In this document: positions 29,172 to 39,746 of the stretch, piece after piece
How positions within the stretch are numbered: position 1 is the first letter of the stretch
How the letters are laid out: every line of letters begins with the position of its first letter
Origin: Sphingomonadales bacterium
GTDB lineage: Bacteria; Pseudomonadota; Alphaproteobacteria; Sphingomonadales; Sphingomonadaceae
DNA length: 64,000 bases
Assembly: GCA_038327465.1 (NCBI GenBank)
Contig: JBBQLB010000012.1
Coordinates: 5,550-69,549 of the forward strand
Direction of reading: 5' to 3'
The notes under the pieces: generated by a model
What the model was told of the DNA's origin: nothing
What the model saw: only the letters and a program-made list of their open reading frames with translations
Database searches by the model: none
Program-made: the position numbers and the translations under genes

Positions 29172-30328
29172 TGGCGAAACATTTCGTATTGGCGGCGGGT
29201 GGGACTGGCGGCCACATGGTTCCGGCAGCGGCATTGGCAACCGAGCTGATCAAGCGCGGGCACCATGTTGCCCTGGTCAGCGATGAGCGGGGAGTGCGCT
29301 TTCCCGGCCTGTTCGAGGGAATCGAGACACATATCCTGCCCGCCGGACGGTTGGGCGGCGGGCCGATCGGCTATGCCAAGGCGGCGGCGGCGATGCTGAA
29401 GGGCCGCGCCATGGCGATCCGGCTGTACAAGGGCTTCCGGCCCGATGCGGTGATCGGTTTCGGCGGCTATCCCGCCCTTCCGGCGTTGCTGGGCGCATTC
29501 AACCGGGGCATTCCGACGGCGGTGCACGAACAGAATGCCGTGCTTGGCCGCGTCAACCGGCTGGTCGCGGGCAAGGTCAGTGCGATCGCGACCTCCTATG
29601 CCGATGTCCAGCGGCTATCCCCCAAGCATCGCGGCAAGACGCATCTGATCGGCAATCCGGTGCGTGATGCGGTGCTGGCACTCCGCAGCAAACCCTATCC
29701 GCTGCTGGAGGAGGACGGCATTTTCCGCGTGCTGGTAACCGGCGGCAGTCAGGGCGCGAGCGTGCTCAGCCAGGTCGTGCCCGATGGCCTTTCGCTGTTG
29801 CCGGTCGCGTTCCGGCGGCGCTTGCAAGTGACGCACCAGGCGCGGATCGAGGATATCGACGCCTGCCGCGCGAAATATAAGGAACTCGATATCGCGGCAG
29901 ATCTCGCCACCTATCTGCCCGATATGCCCGAACAATTGGCCTGGGCGCATCTGGTGATCGCGCGTGCAGGCGCCTCGACGCTGGCGGAACTGACGTGCGC
30001 GGGGCGGCCAGCGATCCTGGTGCCGTTGCCCAGCGCGACCGACGACCACCAGACCGCGAATGCCAAGGAGATGACCTCGGCCGGGGGCGCGCGGACGATC
30101 GACCAGCGCAGCTTCACGCCGGTCGAACTCGCCAAGCAAATGCAGCGATTGGGGCTCGATCCCGCAGCGCTCCAAAATGCGGCGGCGCGCGCGCGGGCGT
30201 GCGGGCGGCCCGATGCCGCGCGTGATCTGGCCGATCTGGTCGAGAGTTTGGGCGATACGACCGGGGATATGCCGATCGGGGCGGCGCACCCCACGGGCTT
30301 TTCGATGGGCGCGGCGGTACCGGCATGA
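29168..30328 (+). CDS. murG: Undecaprenyldiphospho-MurNAc-pentapeptide GlcNAc transferase
   Basis: AGGTGGH, GFGGY, HEQN, GNPVR, TGGSQGA, RAGAST..E. Confidence 0.97.
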   Translation: MMAKHFVLAAGGTGGHMVPAAALATELIKRGHHVALVSDERGVRFPGLFEGIETHILPAGRLGGGPIGYAKAAAAMLKGRAMAIRLYKGFRPDAVIGFGGYPALPALLGAFNRGIPTAVHEQNAVLGRVNRLVAGKVSAIATSYADVQRLSPKHRGKTHLIGNPVRDAVLALRSKPYPLLEEDGIFRVLVTGGSQGASVLSQVVPDGLSLLPVAFRRRLQVTHQARIEDIDACRAKYKELDIAADLATYLPDMPEQLAWAHLVIARAGASTLAELTCAGRPAILVPLPSATDDHQTANAKEMTSAGGARTIDQRSFTPVELAKQMQRLGLDPAALQNAAARARACGRPDAARDLADLVESLGDTTGDMPIGAAHPTGFSMGAAVPA

Positions 30329-31728
30329 GAGGTGTCGCAACCGATATCGGCACGATCCATTTCGTCGGCATCGGCGGCATCGGCATGTCGGGCATTGCCG
30401 AGGTGATGAAGAATCTCGGCTATGCGGTGCAGGGCTCCGACGTGGCCGAGGGCTATGTCGTCGAGGGCTTGCGCGCCAAAGGGATCAAGGTCCTGATCGG
30501 GCATCATGCCGACAATCTCGGCGATGCGGCGGTGATCGTCACCTCGACCGCGATCAAGCGCGGTAACCCGGAAGTCGAGGCGGCGCTCGAACGCCGCATC
30601 CCGGTGGTGCGGCGCGCGGAAATGCTCGCCGAGCTGATGCGGCTGAAATCGACCGTCGCGATTGCGGGCACGCACGGCAAGACCACCACAACCAGCATGG
30701 TCGCGGCGCTGCTCGATGCCGGCGGCGTCGATCCGACCGTCATCAACGGCGGGATCATCAACAGTTACGGGTCGAACGCGCGATTGGGCGCGAGCGACTG
30801 GATGGTGGTCGAGGCCGACGAGAGCGACGGGAGTTTCCTGCGATTGGACGGCACGATCGCGGTCGTCACCAATATCGATCCCGAGCATCTCGACCATTAT
30901 GGGTCGTTCGATGCGGTGAAGGATGCGTTCGTCGAGTTCGTCGAGAATGTGCCCTTCTACGGCGCGGCGCTCCTGTGCCTCGATCACCCCGAAGTGCAGA
31001 ACATCCTCCCGCGCGTGCGCGACCGGCGCGTCGTGACCTACGGCTTTTCGGCGCAATCCGACGTGCGCGGCGTCAACGTAACCCCAATCCCCGGCGGCAA
31101 CCGCTTCGAAGTGATCGTCCGCGACCGCGACGGGACCAGCCGATCGATCGAAGGGATCGAAATGCCGATGCCGGGGCGGCACAATGTCCAGAACGCGCTG
31201 GCGGCGATCGGCGTGGCGCTGGAGCTGGGCATCGATGACGCGACGATCCAGCAGGGTTTCGCCAAGTTCGGCGGTGTGAAGCGGCGCTTCACCAAGGTGG
31301 GCGAGACCGGTGGCGTCACGATCATCGACGATTACGGCCATCACCCGGTCGAAATCCGCGCGGTGCTGTCCGCCGCGCGCGAGGGCGTCGAAAATCGCGT
31401 GATCGCGGTGGTACAACCGCATCGCTACTCGCGGCTCGGTGATTTGATGGAGGAGTTTCAGGGCGCGTTCAACGATGCCGACATGGTGTTCGTGGCACCG
31501 GTTTTTGCGGCGGGCGAGGCACCGGTCGAAGGCGTCGATGCCGAGGCATTGGTCGAGGGGATCAAGCGCCGCGGGCATCGCTCAGCGGCGACGATCGCCG
31601 ATGCGGGCGCGCTCGCGGCGGCGCTGGCGGGCGTGGTGCAGCCGGGGGATATGGTCGTCTGCTTGGGGGCAGGGGATATTACGAAATGGGCGGCCGGCTT
31701 GGCGGCTGGGATTGAGGCGGTGCGATGA
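30325..31728 (+). CDS. murC: UDP-MurNAc--L-alanine ligase
   Basis: [42 protein letters not shown]. Confidence 0.98.
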   Translation: MRGVATDIGTIHFVGIGGIGMSGIAEVMKNLGYAVQGSDVAEGYVVEGLRAKGIKVLIGHHADNLGDAAVIVTSTAIKRGNPEVEAALERRIPVVRRAEMLAELMRLKSTVAIAGTHGKTTTTSMVAALLDAGGVDPTVINGGIINSYGSNARLGASDWMVVEADESDGSFLRLDGTIAVVTNIDPEHLDHYGSFDAVKDAFVEFVENVPFYGAALLCLDHPEVQNILPRVRDRRVVTYGFSAQSDVRGVNVTPIPGGNRFEVIVRDRDGTSRSIEGIEMPMPGRHNVQNALAAIGVALELGIDDATIQQGFAKFGGVKRRFTKVGETGGVTIIDDYGHHPVEIRAVLSAAREGVENRVIAVVQPHRYSRLGDLMEEFQGAFNDADMVFVAPVFAAGEAPVEGVDAEALVEGIKRRGHRSAATIADAGALAAALAGVVQPGDMVVCLGAGDITKWAAGLAAGIEAVR

Positions 31729-32864
31729 GCGTGCGCGCAACCTCAATCCTCCCCGGAACGGGGAGGGGGACCAGCGAAGCTGGTGGAGGGGGCGCGCCGC
31801 TGGGCGCATCACCTGTGGCAACCCCCCTCCACCATTTGCCGGAAGAGGCAAATGCGTTTGAGCGAGATGGTGTCCCCCGGACACCATCTTGGACTGCCGG
31901 GGGCAGTCCAAAGCTCAAACGCCCTCCCCGTGCCGGGGAGGATTTGCGCGCTCGCGGCCGTCTCACCCAAAACGCCCCCCTCGCCCCACTCGTCTGGTTC
32001 AAATCGGGTGGCACAGCGGAGTGGCTGTTCGAACCCAAGGACATCGCCGACCTAAGCGCCTTCCTCGCCGCACTCGACCCCGCGACCCCCATTCTCCCGC
32101 TCGGCCTCGGCTCGAACATGATCGTCCGCGACGGCGGCGTGCCCGGCGTCGTGATCCGCCTCGGCAAACCGTTCGCCAAGGTCGAAGCGATCGATGCAAC
32201 GACCTTGCGCTGCGGCGGCGGCGCGAGCGGGATCCTCGTCTCCTCGACTGCACGCGATGCCGGGATTGGCGGGGTGGAATTCCTGCGCTCCATCCCCGGC
32301 ACGGTTGGCGGCTTCGTGCGGATGAATGGTGGCGCTTATGGGCGCGAGACGCGCGACATTCTGGTGGAATGCGACATCGTCCTGCGCTCGGGCGAGCGCC
32401 AGACATTGCCGGTCGAGGCGCTTGGCTACACCTATCGCCATTCGATCCTGCCCGATGGCTGCGTCGTCGTCGGCGCGACCTTTCGGGGGCACGTCGAAGA
32501 GTCTGCAGTGATCCAGGCCGAGATGGACCGCATCGCCGCCGCGCGCGAGGAATCGCAGCCGCTGCGCAGCCGCACGGGCGGATCGACCTTCAAGAATCCT
32601 GATGGCCACAAGGCATGGGAACTGATCGATGCCGCCGGGTGCCGGGGCCTCAGGATCGGCGATGCGCAAGTGAGCGAGAAGCATTGCAACTTCCTGCTCA
32701 ACCTCGGGAACGCGACGAGCGCCGAGATCGAAGCGCTCGGCGAACAGGTGCGTGCGCGCGTGCTGGCGCATTCCGGCGTGACGTTGGAGTGGGAAATTCA
32801 GCGGGTGGGTGAAAATCTCCCTCTCCCCCTTGGGGGAGAGGGTCGGGGAGAGGGGCAGTCATGA
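31725..32864 (+). CDS. murB: UDP-N-acetylenolpyruvoylglucosamine reductase (repeat-derived N- and C-terminal additions)
   Basis: [48 protein letters not shown]. Confidence 0.95.
   Translation: MSVRATSILPGTGRGTSEAGGGGAPLGASPVATPLHHLPEEANAFERDGVPRTPSWTAGGSPKLKRPPRAGEDLRARGRLTQNAPLAPLVWFKSGGTAEWLFEPKDIADLSAFLAALDPATPILPLGLGSNMIVRDGGVPGVVIRLGKPFAKVEAIDATTLRCGGGASGILVSSTARDAGIGGVEFLRSIPGTVGGFVRMNGGAYGRETRDILVECDIVLRSGERQTLPVEALGYTYRHSILPDGCVVVGATFRGHVEESAVIQAEMDRIAAAREESQPLRSRTGGSTFKNPDGHKAWELIDAAGCRGLRIGDAQVSEKHCNFLLNLGNATSAEIEALGEQVRARVLAHSGVTLEWEIQRVGENLPLPLGGEGRGEGQS
31746..31943. repeat. Composite palindromic element in frame within the murB 5' end
   Basis: Outer arms ATCCTCCCCGGAACGGGGAGG / CCCTCCCCGTGCCGGGGAGGAT plus several internal perfect hairpins; 198 nt = 66 codons. 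Confidence 0.85.
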
Positions 32865-32938
32865 GCGCCACGTCACGGACTGCCCCTCTCCCGACCTCGC
32901 TGCGCTCGGCCACCCTCTCCCCCAAGGGGGAGAGGGAA
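32816..32938. repeat. Palindromic element spanning the murB stop / ddl start
   Basis: CCCTCTCCCCC-TT-GGGGGAGAGGG and CCCTCTCCCCC-AA-GGGGGAGAGGG arms; inner 15-bp IR 32846-32860 / 32878-32892 encloses the ATGA overlap. Confidence 0.88.
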
Positions 32939-33853
32939 AAGCTCCACGTCGCAGTCTTGATGGGTGGCTGGTCAGCCGAACGCGAGGTTTCGCTATCCTC
33001 GGGCGCGGGCGTTGCCGATGCGTGCGCGAGCCTCGGTCACCGCGTGACGCGGATCGACATGGGGCGTGACGTCGCGGCAAAGCTCGCCGAAGCCGCGCCC
33101 GACATCGTGTTCAACGCGCTCCACGGCACGCCGGGGGAAGACGGGTCGGTGCAGGGCATGCTCGATCTGATGGGTCTGAAATACACGCATTCGGGCCTCG
33201 CCACCTCGGTCATCGCGATCGACAAAGTGCTCACCAAATTGCTGCTGGTCCCCGCTGGCATTCCCATGCCGAGCGGTCGCATCGTCAAGTCGGCGAACCT
33301 CTATGAGGGCGATCCGTTGCCGCGCCCTTATGTGTTGAAACCGGTCAATGAAGGCTCGTCGGTCGGCGTCGCGATTGTCACCGCCGAGGGCAATTACGGC
33401 AACCCGATCGCGCGCACCACGCCCGGCCCGTGGACCGAGTTCGAGGAGCTGCTCGCCGAGCCCTATATCCGCGGGCGCGAATTGACGACGGCGGTGCTGG
33501 GCGACACTGCGCTCGGCGTCACCGAGCTGCGGCCCAAATCGGGCTGGTACGATTACCAATCGAAATATACCGACGGGATGACCGAACATATCTTCCCCGC
33601 CGATATTCCCGATGAGATCACCGCGGCATGCAAGCGCATCGCGCTCGAGGCGCATCGCTTGCTCGGCTGCAAGGGCACGTCGCGATCGGATTTTCGCTGG
33701 GACGATGCGGCCGGGATCGACGGCCTGTTCCTGCTCGAGGTCAATACCCAGCCGGGCATGACGCCGCTCAGCCTGGTGCCCGAACAAGCGCGGCACCTCG
33801 GAATTTCCTATCCGCAGCTCGTCCAAACCATCCTTGATGAGGCCCTTTCATGA
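32861..33853 (+). CDS. ddl: D-alanine--D-alanine ligase
   Basis: MGGWSAEREVS, NALHG..GEDG, KPVNEGSS, EVNTQPGMT..SL.P. Confidence 0.96.
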   Translation: MSATSRTAPLPTSLRSATLSPKGEREKLHVAVLMGGWSAEREVSLSSGAGVADACASLGHRVTRIDMGRDVAAKLAEAAPDIVFNALHGTPGEDGSVQGMLDLMGLKYTHSGLATSVIAIDKVLTKLLLVPAGIPMPSGRIVKSANLYEGDPLPRPYVLKPVNEGSSVGVAIVTAEGNYGNPIARTTPGPWTEFEELLAEPYIRGRELTTAVLGDTALGVTELRPKSGWYDYQSKYTDGMTEHIFPADIPDEITAACKRIALEAHRLLGCKGTSRSDFRWDDAAGIDGLFLLEVNTQPGMTPLSLVPEQARHLGISYPQLVQTILDEALS

Positions 33854-34788
33854 GCGCCACGATCAAACGCGGCACCGCGCGGCGTCCGGTCCAGCCGAAA
33901 CGCCGTAAACCGCCCAAGGTCTCGATCATCGACCGGATGATCACGGCGTTGCCAGTGAGCGAAGCGACGCTGCGGCGGATCGCGACCTGGTCGATCATGG
34001 GGCTCGTCGGCACGGCTGCGCTCGCGACCGCGACGTTTTTCGGCGTGCCGGGCGTCGTGGGGTCGGCGATCGGCGAGGGTATTGGCCAGGCCGGGTTCCG
34101 CGTCACCAATATCCAGATCACCGGGCTCAACCGGATGGACCATAACGTCATTTACAAGATCGCGGCGAACCAGCCATCGATGGCGATGCCGCTCGTAAGC
34201 CTCGAGAAAATCCGCCAGGATCTGCTCGCGCATAGCGGCTGGATCGAGGATGCGCATGTCTCGCGGCGGCTGCCCGATACGCTGATCGTCCATATCGTCG
34301 AGCGCCAGCCATCTGCGATCTGGCAGAAGGATGGCAAATTGTCGCTGATCGCGGCGAACGGGACTTGGCTCGAGCCGGTCGATCCCGAGGCGATGCCCGA
34401 TCTACCGCTCGTCATCGGCGCGCATGCCAATGAACAGGAACCGGCCTATCGGCAATTGCTCGATGTCGCGCCCGCCTTGCGCGGCCAGGTCAAGGCGGCA
34501 ACGTGGGTCGGCAATCGGCGCTGGGATATCACCTTCGAGAGCGGCGAGACGCTCCTGCTGCCAGAGGGAGATATCGAGGCGGCGAAGGCACTGATGTGGT
34601 TCGCGCAGCAGGACGGGGTAAAGCCCCTGCTCGGGCGGGGCTGGGTCCGCTTCGACATGCGCATCCCCACGCAGTTCACGGCGCGCAAGCCGGGTTTGAC
34701 GACGAACAAGGCGATCACCGATCCTGCGGCCGATGCACGACCGGCGGTGATCGAAGCAAAGCAGACGGGCGCGCAGGCGCAAGGGTAA
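33850..34788 (+). CDS. ftsQ: Cell division protein FtsQ
   Basis: TM helix, POTRA (WIEDAHVSRRLPDTL.V.IVER), GNRRWD; position in the cluster. Confidence 0.92.
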   Translation: MSATIKRGTARRPVQPKRRKPPKVSIIDRMITALPVSEATLRRIATWSIMGLVGTAALATATFFGVPGVVGSAIGEGIGQAGFRVTNIQITGLNRMDHNVIYKIAANQPSMAMPLVSLEKIRQDLLAHSGWIEDAHVSRRLPDTLIVHIVERQPSAIWQKDGKLSLIAANGTWLEPVDPEAMPDLPLVIGAHANEQEPAYRQLLDVAPALRGQVKAATWVGNRRWDITFESGETLLLPEGDIEAAKALMWFAQQDGVKPLLGRGWVRFDMRIPTQFTARKPGLTTNKAITDPAADARPAVIEAKQTGAQAQG

Positions 34789-34813
34789 CAACCGGGTAAC
34801 GAGGGTAAAGCGT

Positions 34814-36076
34814 ATGGCGAACAGGGCACCCGAAGGATTGATCACCGCGCTCGACATCGGGTCGTCGAAGGTCTCCGCAATGATCGCGCAGAAGGGCGAT
34901 GGCGGCGAATTGATCGTGCTCGGCACCGGCCAGCGTGAGAGCCGAGGCGTCAAGCGCGGCTATATCGCCGATGCCGCAGCGACCGAAGTCGCCGTGCGCG
35001 AAGCGGTCGAGCAAGCCGAGCGGATCGCGGGCACCAATATCGAGAATGTCTGGGTCAGCTTTTCGGCCGGCGGATTGGTGTCGGACGTCGCGTCGATCGA
35101 GTTCGAACTCGGCGGCCACCGCGTCGAACAATCGGACATTGACGCGCTTTTGCAGGCGGGGCGGGATTCGATCGACCCGGCCGGGCGGATGGTGCTGCAC
35201 GCGCAGCCCGCGCTCTACACGCTCGACGGGCTGACCGGGGTCAAGCGGCCGCTGGGACTCCATGCCGATCGGCTTGGCGTGCATATCCACGTCGTGGCGG
35301 CGGACGGATCGCCGGTGCGCAATCTCGGGCTGTGTGTGGCGAATGCGCATCTCGAGGTGAAGGCGATCATCGCCTCACCGGTTGCGACCGGGATGGCGTG
35401 CCTCAGCGATGAAGAGCGCGAACTGGGCGTGGCTTTGGTCGAACTGGGGGCCGGTATCACCAACGTGTCGCTCTTTGCAGGCGGGATGCTGGTCGGTTTG
35501 CTGTCGATCCCGATTGGCGCGCAGGACATCACCGACGATATCGCATCCGCCTTCGGAACGCGCCGCGCGCAGGCCGAGCGGATGAAGTGCGTCCACGGCT
35601 CCGCCAACGCATCCCCGCGCGACAATCACGAGATGATCGACGTCGCGCCGATTTCGACCGAGGACGATGCAAGCGACGGCACGCGCATCACCAAGGCGCA
35701 GCTGATCACGGTGATCCGCCAGCGGCTCGACCATCTGATCGGCGAAGTCGGCAAGGCGCTCGCCGAGTTGAAGTTCGAAGGGCCGGTCGGGCGGCAAGTG
35801 GTACTGACCGGCGGCGGCGCGGAATTGAAGGGCATCGCCGATTATGTGCAAGCGGCGCTCGGTCGATCGGTGCGGATCGGACGCCCGCGCGGACTGACGG
35901 GCCTGCCCGAGGCGCATGCGACGCCCGCTTTCACGACGCTGGCTGGCCTCGCTTTCTATGCTGCAGCCGACCCGGTCGACCTGCGCGCTTTGTCGAGCAA
36001 GCAGCAATTGGTGCATCGCCCCAAGGGATTCGCGCTGTTTCGCCGTCTGATCGCGGCCGCCAGAGCGAATTATTAA
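34814..36076 (+). CDS. ftsA: Cell division protein FtsA
   Basis: LDIGSSKV, VELGAG.T, VLTGGG, C-terminal amphipathic helix. Confidence 0.96.
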   Translation: MANRAPEGLITALDIGSSKVSAMIAQKGDGGELIVLGTGQRESRGVKRGYIADAAATEVAVREAVEQAERIAGTNIENVWVSFSAGGLVSDVASIEFELGGHRVEQSDIDALLQAGRDSIDPAGRMVLHAQPALYTLDGLTGVKRPLGLHADRLGVHIHVVAADGSPVRNLGLCVANAHLEVKAIIASPVATGMACLSDEERELGVALVELGAGITNVSLFAGGMLVGLLSIPIGAQDITDDIASAFGTRRAQAERMKCVHGSANASPRDNHEMIDVAPISTEDDASDGTRITKAQLITVIRQRLDHLIGEVGKALAELKFEGPVGRQVVLTGGGAELKGIADYVQAALGRSVRIGRPRGLTGLPEAHATPAFTTLAGLAFYAAADPVDLRALSSKQQLVHRPKGFALFRRLIAAARANY

Positions 36077-36189
36077 GGAATTACGACAGAATTTGGCTGT
36101 TCGCGCTGGAACGACCGCTAACGATGGTGCAGAACAGCGTTACGTACATGTAAAGCGCCGGGGTCTGTGGGCGCAATTGGAGACCGAAT

Positions 36190-37662
36190 ATGAGCATCGA
36201 ATTTCTGCCGCCCGAAGTCGATGAGCTGACGCCGCGGATCGCCGTGATCGGTGTCGGCGGCGCGGGCGGCAACGCCATCGCCAACATGATGCGCGCCGAC
36301 GTGCAGGGCGTCGACTTCCTCGTCGCGAACACCGATTCGCAGGCGCTCAAGCAATCGAACGCGAGCCACCGGATTCAGCTCGGCGCGAAGATCACGCAAG
36401 GCCTTGGCGCTGGCAGCCGCCCCGAAATCGGGCGTGCGGCGGCCGAAGAGACGATCGAGCAAGTCACCAAAATGCTCGAGGGCGCGCATATGTGTTTCAT
36501 CGCGGCGGGCATGGGCGGCGGCACCGGAACGGGTGCGGCTCCGGTCATTGCCAAGGCGGCGCGCGACATGGGAATCCTGACCGTCGGTGTCGTGACCAAG
36601 CCGTTCGCGTTCGAGGGCAATCGCCGCGCCAAGGCGGCCGATGCGGGCATCGAGGAACTGCAAAAGTATGTCGATACGCTGATCGTCATCCCCAACCAGA
36701 ATCTCTTCCTCGTCGCCAATGCGAACACGACCTTCAAGGAAGCGTTCCAGATGGCCGATGAAGTCCTGCAACAGGGCGTGCGCGGCATCACCGATTTGAT
36801 GGTCATGCCCGGCCTGATCAACCTCGACTTTGCCGACGTCCGCTCGGTGATGCAGGAAATGGGCAAGGCGATGATGGGCACCGGCGAAGCGTCGGGCGAC
36901 AATCGCGCGATCGAGGCGGCGTCGAAGGCGATCGCCAACCCGCTGCTCGACGGCGTCAGCATGAAGGGTGCCAAGGGCGTGATCGTGTCGATCACCGGCG
37001 GCGACGATATGCGCTTGCTCGAAGTCGACGAAGCCGCGAACCATATTCGCGAACTGGTCGATGAAGACGCCAACATTATCTGGGGTTCGGCGTTCAATCC
37101 TGAGCTCGAAGGCAAGATCCGCGTCTCGGTCGTCGCGACCGGCATTGAGGCGGAGAGCCGTCCAATTGCCGCAGCGCCGCCCGCATCGCGTGCGTTCAGC
37201 TTCGCCGCGCCGAAAAAGACTGAAGAGCCTGCGCCTGCGCCGGTCGAAGCTGCGCCGGATCCGGTCGCCGAGATCGTTGAGCCAGCACCCGAGCCGGTGG
37301 CTGAGGACAGCGGCGAGTTGGTGTTGGGCAGCGAGACGGCGATGGCAGAACCCGTCGCGCCACAGGTCTTCGGCGACGAAGCCGAGGTCGCAGAGCCAGC
37401 CGCCGATGACACGCCGAGCGAGGCCCCGACGCGCCGTCGCTGGCTCTCGCCCGGTGCCGCCCCGGTCGCCGAACCCGTGGCCGAGCCCGTTGCCGAGGTG
37501 CCCGCCGAACCAGCGGCGCCTGCGCCGCGCGTGAAGCTGGGCGGCACCTTGTTCGAGCGGATGTCGAGCGTTTCGCGCGGTGCCGCACGCGACGAGGATC
37601 CGGCGCCCGACAAGGACCCGCTCGATATCCCGCGCTTCCTGCATCGCCAGAATAACCAGTAA
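36190..37662 (+). CDS. ftsZ: Cell division protein FtsZ
   Basis: [24 protein letters not shown], acidic Pro-rich linker, LDIPRFL C-terminal core. Confidence 0.99.
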   Translation: MSIEFLPPEVDELTPRIAVIGVGGAGGNAIANMMRADVQGVDFLVANTDSQALKQSNASHRIQLGAKITQGLGAGSRPEIGRAAAEETIEQVTKMLEGAHMCFIAAGMGGGTGTGAAPVIAKAARDMGILTVGVVTKPFAFEGNRRAKAADAGIEELQKYVDTLIVIPNQNLFLVANANTTFKEAFQMADEVLQQGVRGITDLMVMPGLINLDFADVRSVMQEMGKAMMGTGEASGDNRAIEAASKAIANPLLDGVSMKGAKGVIVSITGGDDMRLLEVDEAANHIRELVDEDANIIWGSAFNPELEGKIRVSVVATGIEAESRPIAAAPPASRAFSFAAPKKTEEPAPAPVEAAPDPVAEIVEPAPEPVAEDSGELVLGSETAMAEPVAPQVFGDEAEVAEPAADDTPSEAPTRRRWLSPGAAPVAEPVAEPVAEVPAEPAAPAPRVKLGGTLFERMSSVSRGAARDEDPAPDKDPLDIPRFLHRQNNQ

Positions 37663-37786
37663 GCGACTGCTCGGGCGGCGGGTCGGCATTTCCGGCGCGC
37701 CGCCCGCCGCCAATCCGTGTCGTTTTGGCGCAGCGCAGCCGCATGCGACATTGCCGGCTGCGCCGCGAACGAGTCTAGGAAACAGG

Positions 37787-39730
37787 ATGCGCACTGCACG
37801 TCTTGCTGGTTCGATCCTTGCGCTGTCGATCTGTGGCGCAGCGGCGCACGCGCAGACGACCTACCCGTCGCCCGCTCCATCCTCGCCCTCGCCCTACGGC
37901 GTACCCGTTATGGTTCAGCCGCTATCGGATGCCGATTTGCTGGCGAGCGAATTGCGCCTGCTCGCGGCCGACCCGCAGAATCTGCAGGCGCTGGTGCGCG
38001 CGGGCGAGCTCGCGCTGAAGCTCGACGACGATACGGCGGCAGCCGCGTTTTTCGCGCGCGCCGACCGGATCGATCCCCGCAACGCCAGGGTCAAGGCGGG
38101 CGAGGGCAGTCTGCTCGTCGCGGCGGAACGGCCCGGCGACGCGTTGCGGCACTTTGCCGAGGCGCAGACCTTGGGTGCCGATCCGCGGAGTTTCGCGGCT
38201 GACCGTGGCCTCGCCTACGATCTGGTTGGTGAGCAGGAGCGCGCGCAGCGCGATTACCGGCTGGCTTTGAAAGCCGGTCCGGATGACGAAACACAGCGGC
38301 GTTATGCGCTGTCGCTCGGTATATCGGGCAAACGCGAGTTGGCCTTGGCGCAGATCGACCCTTTGCTCCGGCGTAGCGACCGTGGGGCATGGCGTACGCG
38401 CGCTTTCATCCTGGCGATGGGCGGCGATAAAGCGGGTGCTGCGAAGATCGCAACGAGCATGATGCCGACCGGCATGGCGCAGGGCTTGCAGCCGTTTTTC
38501 GAGATTCTGCCGACGCTTGGCCCGGCCGATCGCGCCTTTGCGGTGCACTTCGGTGAAGTGCGAACGAATCCGGAGCGGATGGCGGATGCGCGGCTGGTCC
38601 CGCCACTCGCAGCGCTCGGGCCCGATCCGACCGCGCCGGTGCTGGCCGTGGCAGCGATCCGCCCGCTCGTGGTCGGCGATGCGCGCGAGGAGCGGCGGCG
38701 CGCGAAAGCCGCTCGCAAAGCCAGCAAGACCGCCGCGCGCGAGCAAGTCGCCGCGCTCACCACGTCGTCGCCGCCCTTGCCTGCGCCGCCGGTGTACAGC
38801 GGCGGACCGGTGGTCGCCGCGCCGGTCGTGTTGGCGTCGAACGCGGTCCGTGTGCCGCCGGTCTTTGTCCCTGCTCCAACGCCAAGCGTTCCGGTCGCAA
38901 CCTTTGTCCAGCGTTCCGCGCCGGTTTCGGGTCCGGTCGCTCCTGCTGCGCCCCCGGTCGTCACGTCTGTGCCGACCGTGAAGCGCGCGACACCAGCGAT
39001 TGCGGCGCCAGCGGTGGTTGCGCCCGCCCCGCCAGTGGCGGTGGTTGTGCCGGTGGTCGCCGCGGCGCCGCCAGCTCCGGTCGTCGAAATTGCGCCAGCG
39101 GCGCCCGCGCCAACGCCGGTACGCAGCGAAGAGTCGATCCTCGCGGCGATTATCGCCGATATCAAAGTGCCCGGCACCGAGCTTGCCGCCGAAACCGCAC
39201 CCGTCGAACAGCCCGCGCCGCCGCCGGTGAAGCGCGTCGCCGCAGCCAAGCCCGTGCCGACCGAACCGTCGCTGACCGATCAGGCCGCGCTCGACAAAAA
39301 GGTCGACGAGAAGAAGGCTGGCGACAAGAAGGTGGCGGACAAGAAAGCTGCGGCGGACAAGAAGGCGGCAACCGACAAAAAAGCTGCCGAGGCGAAGAAG
39401 CTCGCCGATGCCAAAAAGGCTGCGGACGAGAAAAAGAAGAAGGACCCGAAAATCCTCGAACCGTCCCGTATTTGGGTGCAAGTCGCGGGCGGCGCGAGCG
39501 AGAAGGATTTGCCCAAGCAATGGCTGAAGGTCCGCGCGAAGTCCAAGGCGTTCGGCAGCAAGGGCGGCTGGACCACGCCGCTGCGCGCGACCAACCGCAT
39601 CCTGACCGGGCCGTTCAAGAGCGACGACGACGCGCAAAGCTTCGTCAACACGATTGCCAAGGACGGGATTTCGGGCTTCGTTTTCGTCAGCGACGCGGGG
39701 CAGAAGATTACCAAATTGGCGGGCAAGTGA
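37787..39730 (+). CDS. Secreted TPR + Pro/Ala/Lys-rich linker + SPOR domain protein
   Basis: Signal peptide (AHA/QTT), TPR-like helices, PA-rich and DKKA repeats, C-terminal WVQVAGG…TGPF SPOR-like domain. Confidence 0.85.
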   Translation: MRTARLAGSILALSICGAAAHAQTTYPSPAPSSPSPYGVPVMVQPLSDADLLASELRLLAADPQNLQALVRAGELALKLDDDTAAAAFFARADRIDPRNARVKAGEGSLLVAAERPGDALRHFAEAQTLGADPRSFAADRGLAYDLVGEQERAQRDYRLALKAGPDDETQRRYALSLGISGKRELALAQIDPLLRRSDRGAWRTRAFILAMGGDKAGAAKIATSMMPTGMAQGLQPFFEILPTLGPADRAFAVHFGEVRTNPERMADARLVPPLAALGPDPTAPVLAVAAIRPLVVGDAREERRRAKAARKASKTAAREQVAALTTSSPPLPAPPVYSGGPVVAAPVVLASNAVRVPPVFVPAPTPSVPVATFVQRSAPVSGPVAPAAPPVVTSVPTVKRATPAIAAPAVVAPAPPVAVVVPVVAAAPPAPVVEIAPAAPAPTPVRSEESILAAIIADIKVPGTELAAETAPVEQPAPPPVKRVAAAKPVPTEPSLTDQAALDKKVDEKKAGDKKVADKKAAADKKAATDKKAAEAKKLADAKKAADEKKKKDPKILEPSRIWVQVAGGASEKDLPKQWLKVRAKSKAFGSKGGWTTPLRATNRILTGPFKSDDDAQSFVNTIAKDGISGFVFVSDAGQKITKLAGK

Positions 39731-39746
39731 CGAGATTTTCGCGACA

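Noticed and set aside
37460-37515. PVAE-type short repeats in FtsZ
   Set aside because: Ordinary low-complexity variable linker of alphaproteobacterial FtsZ.
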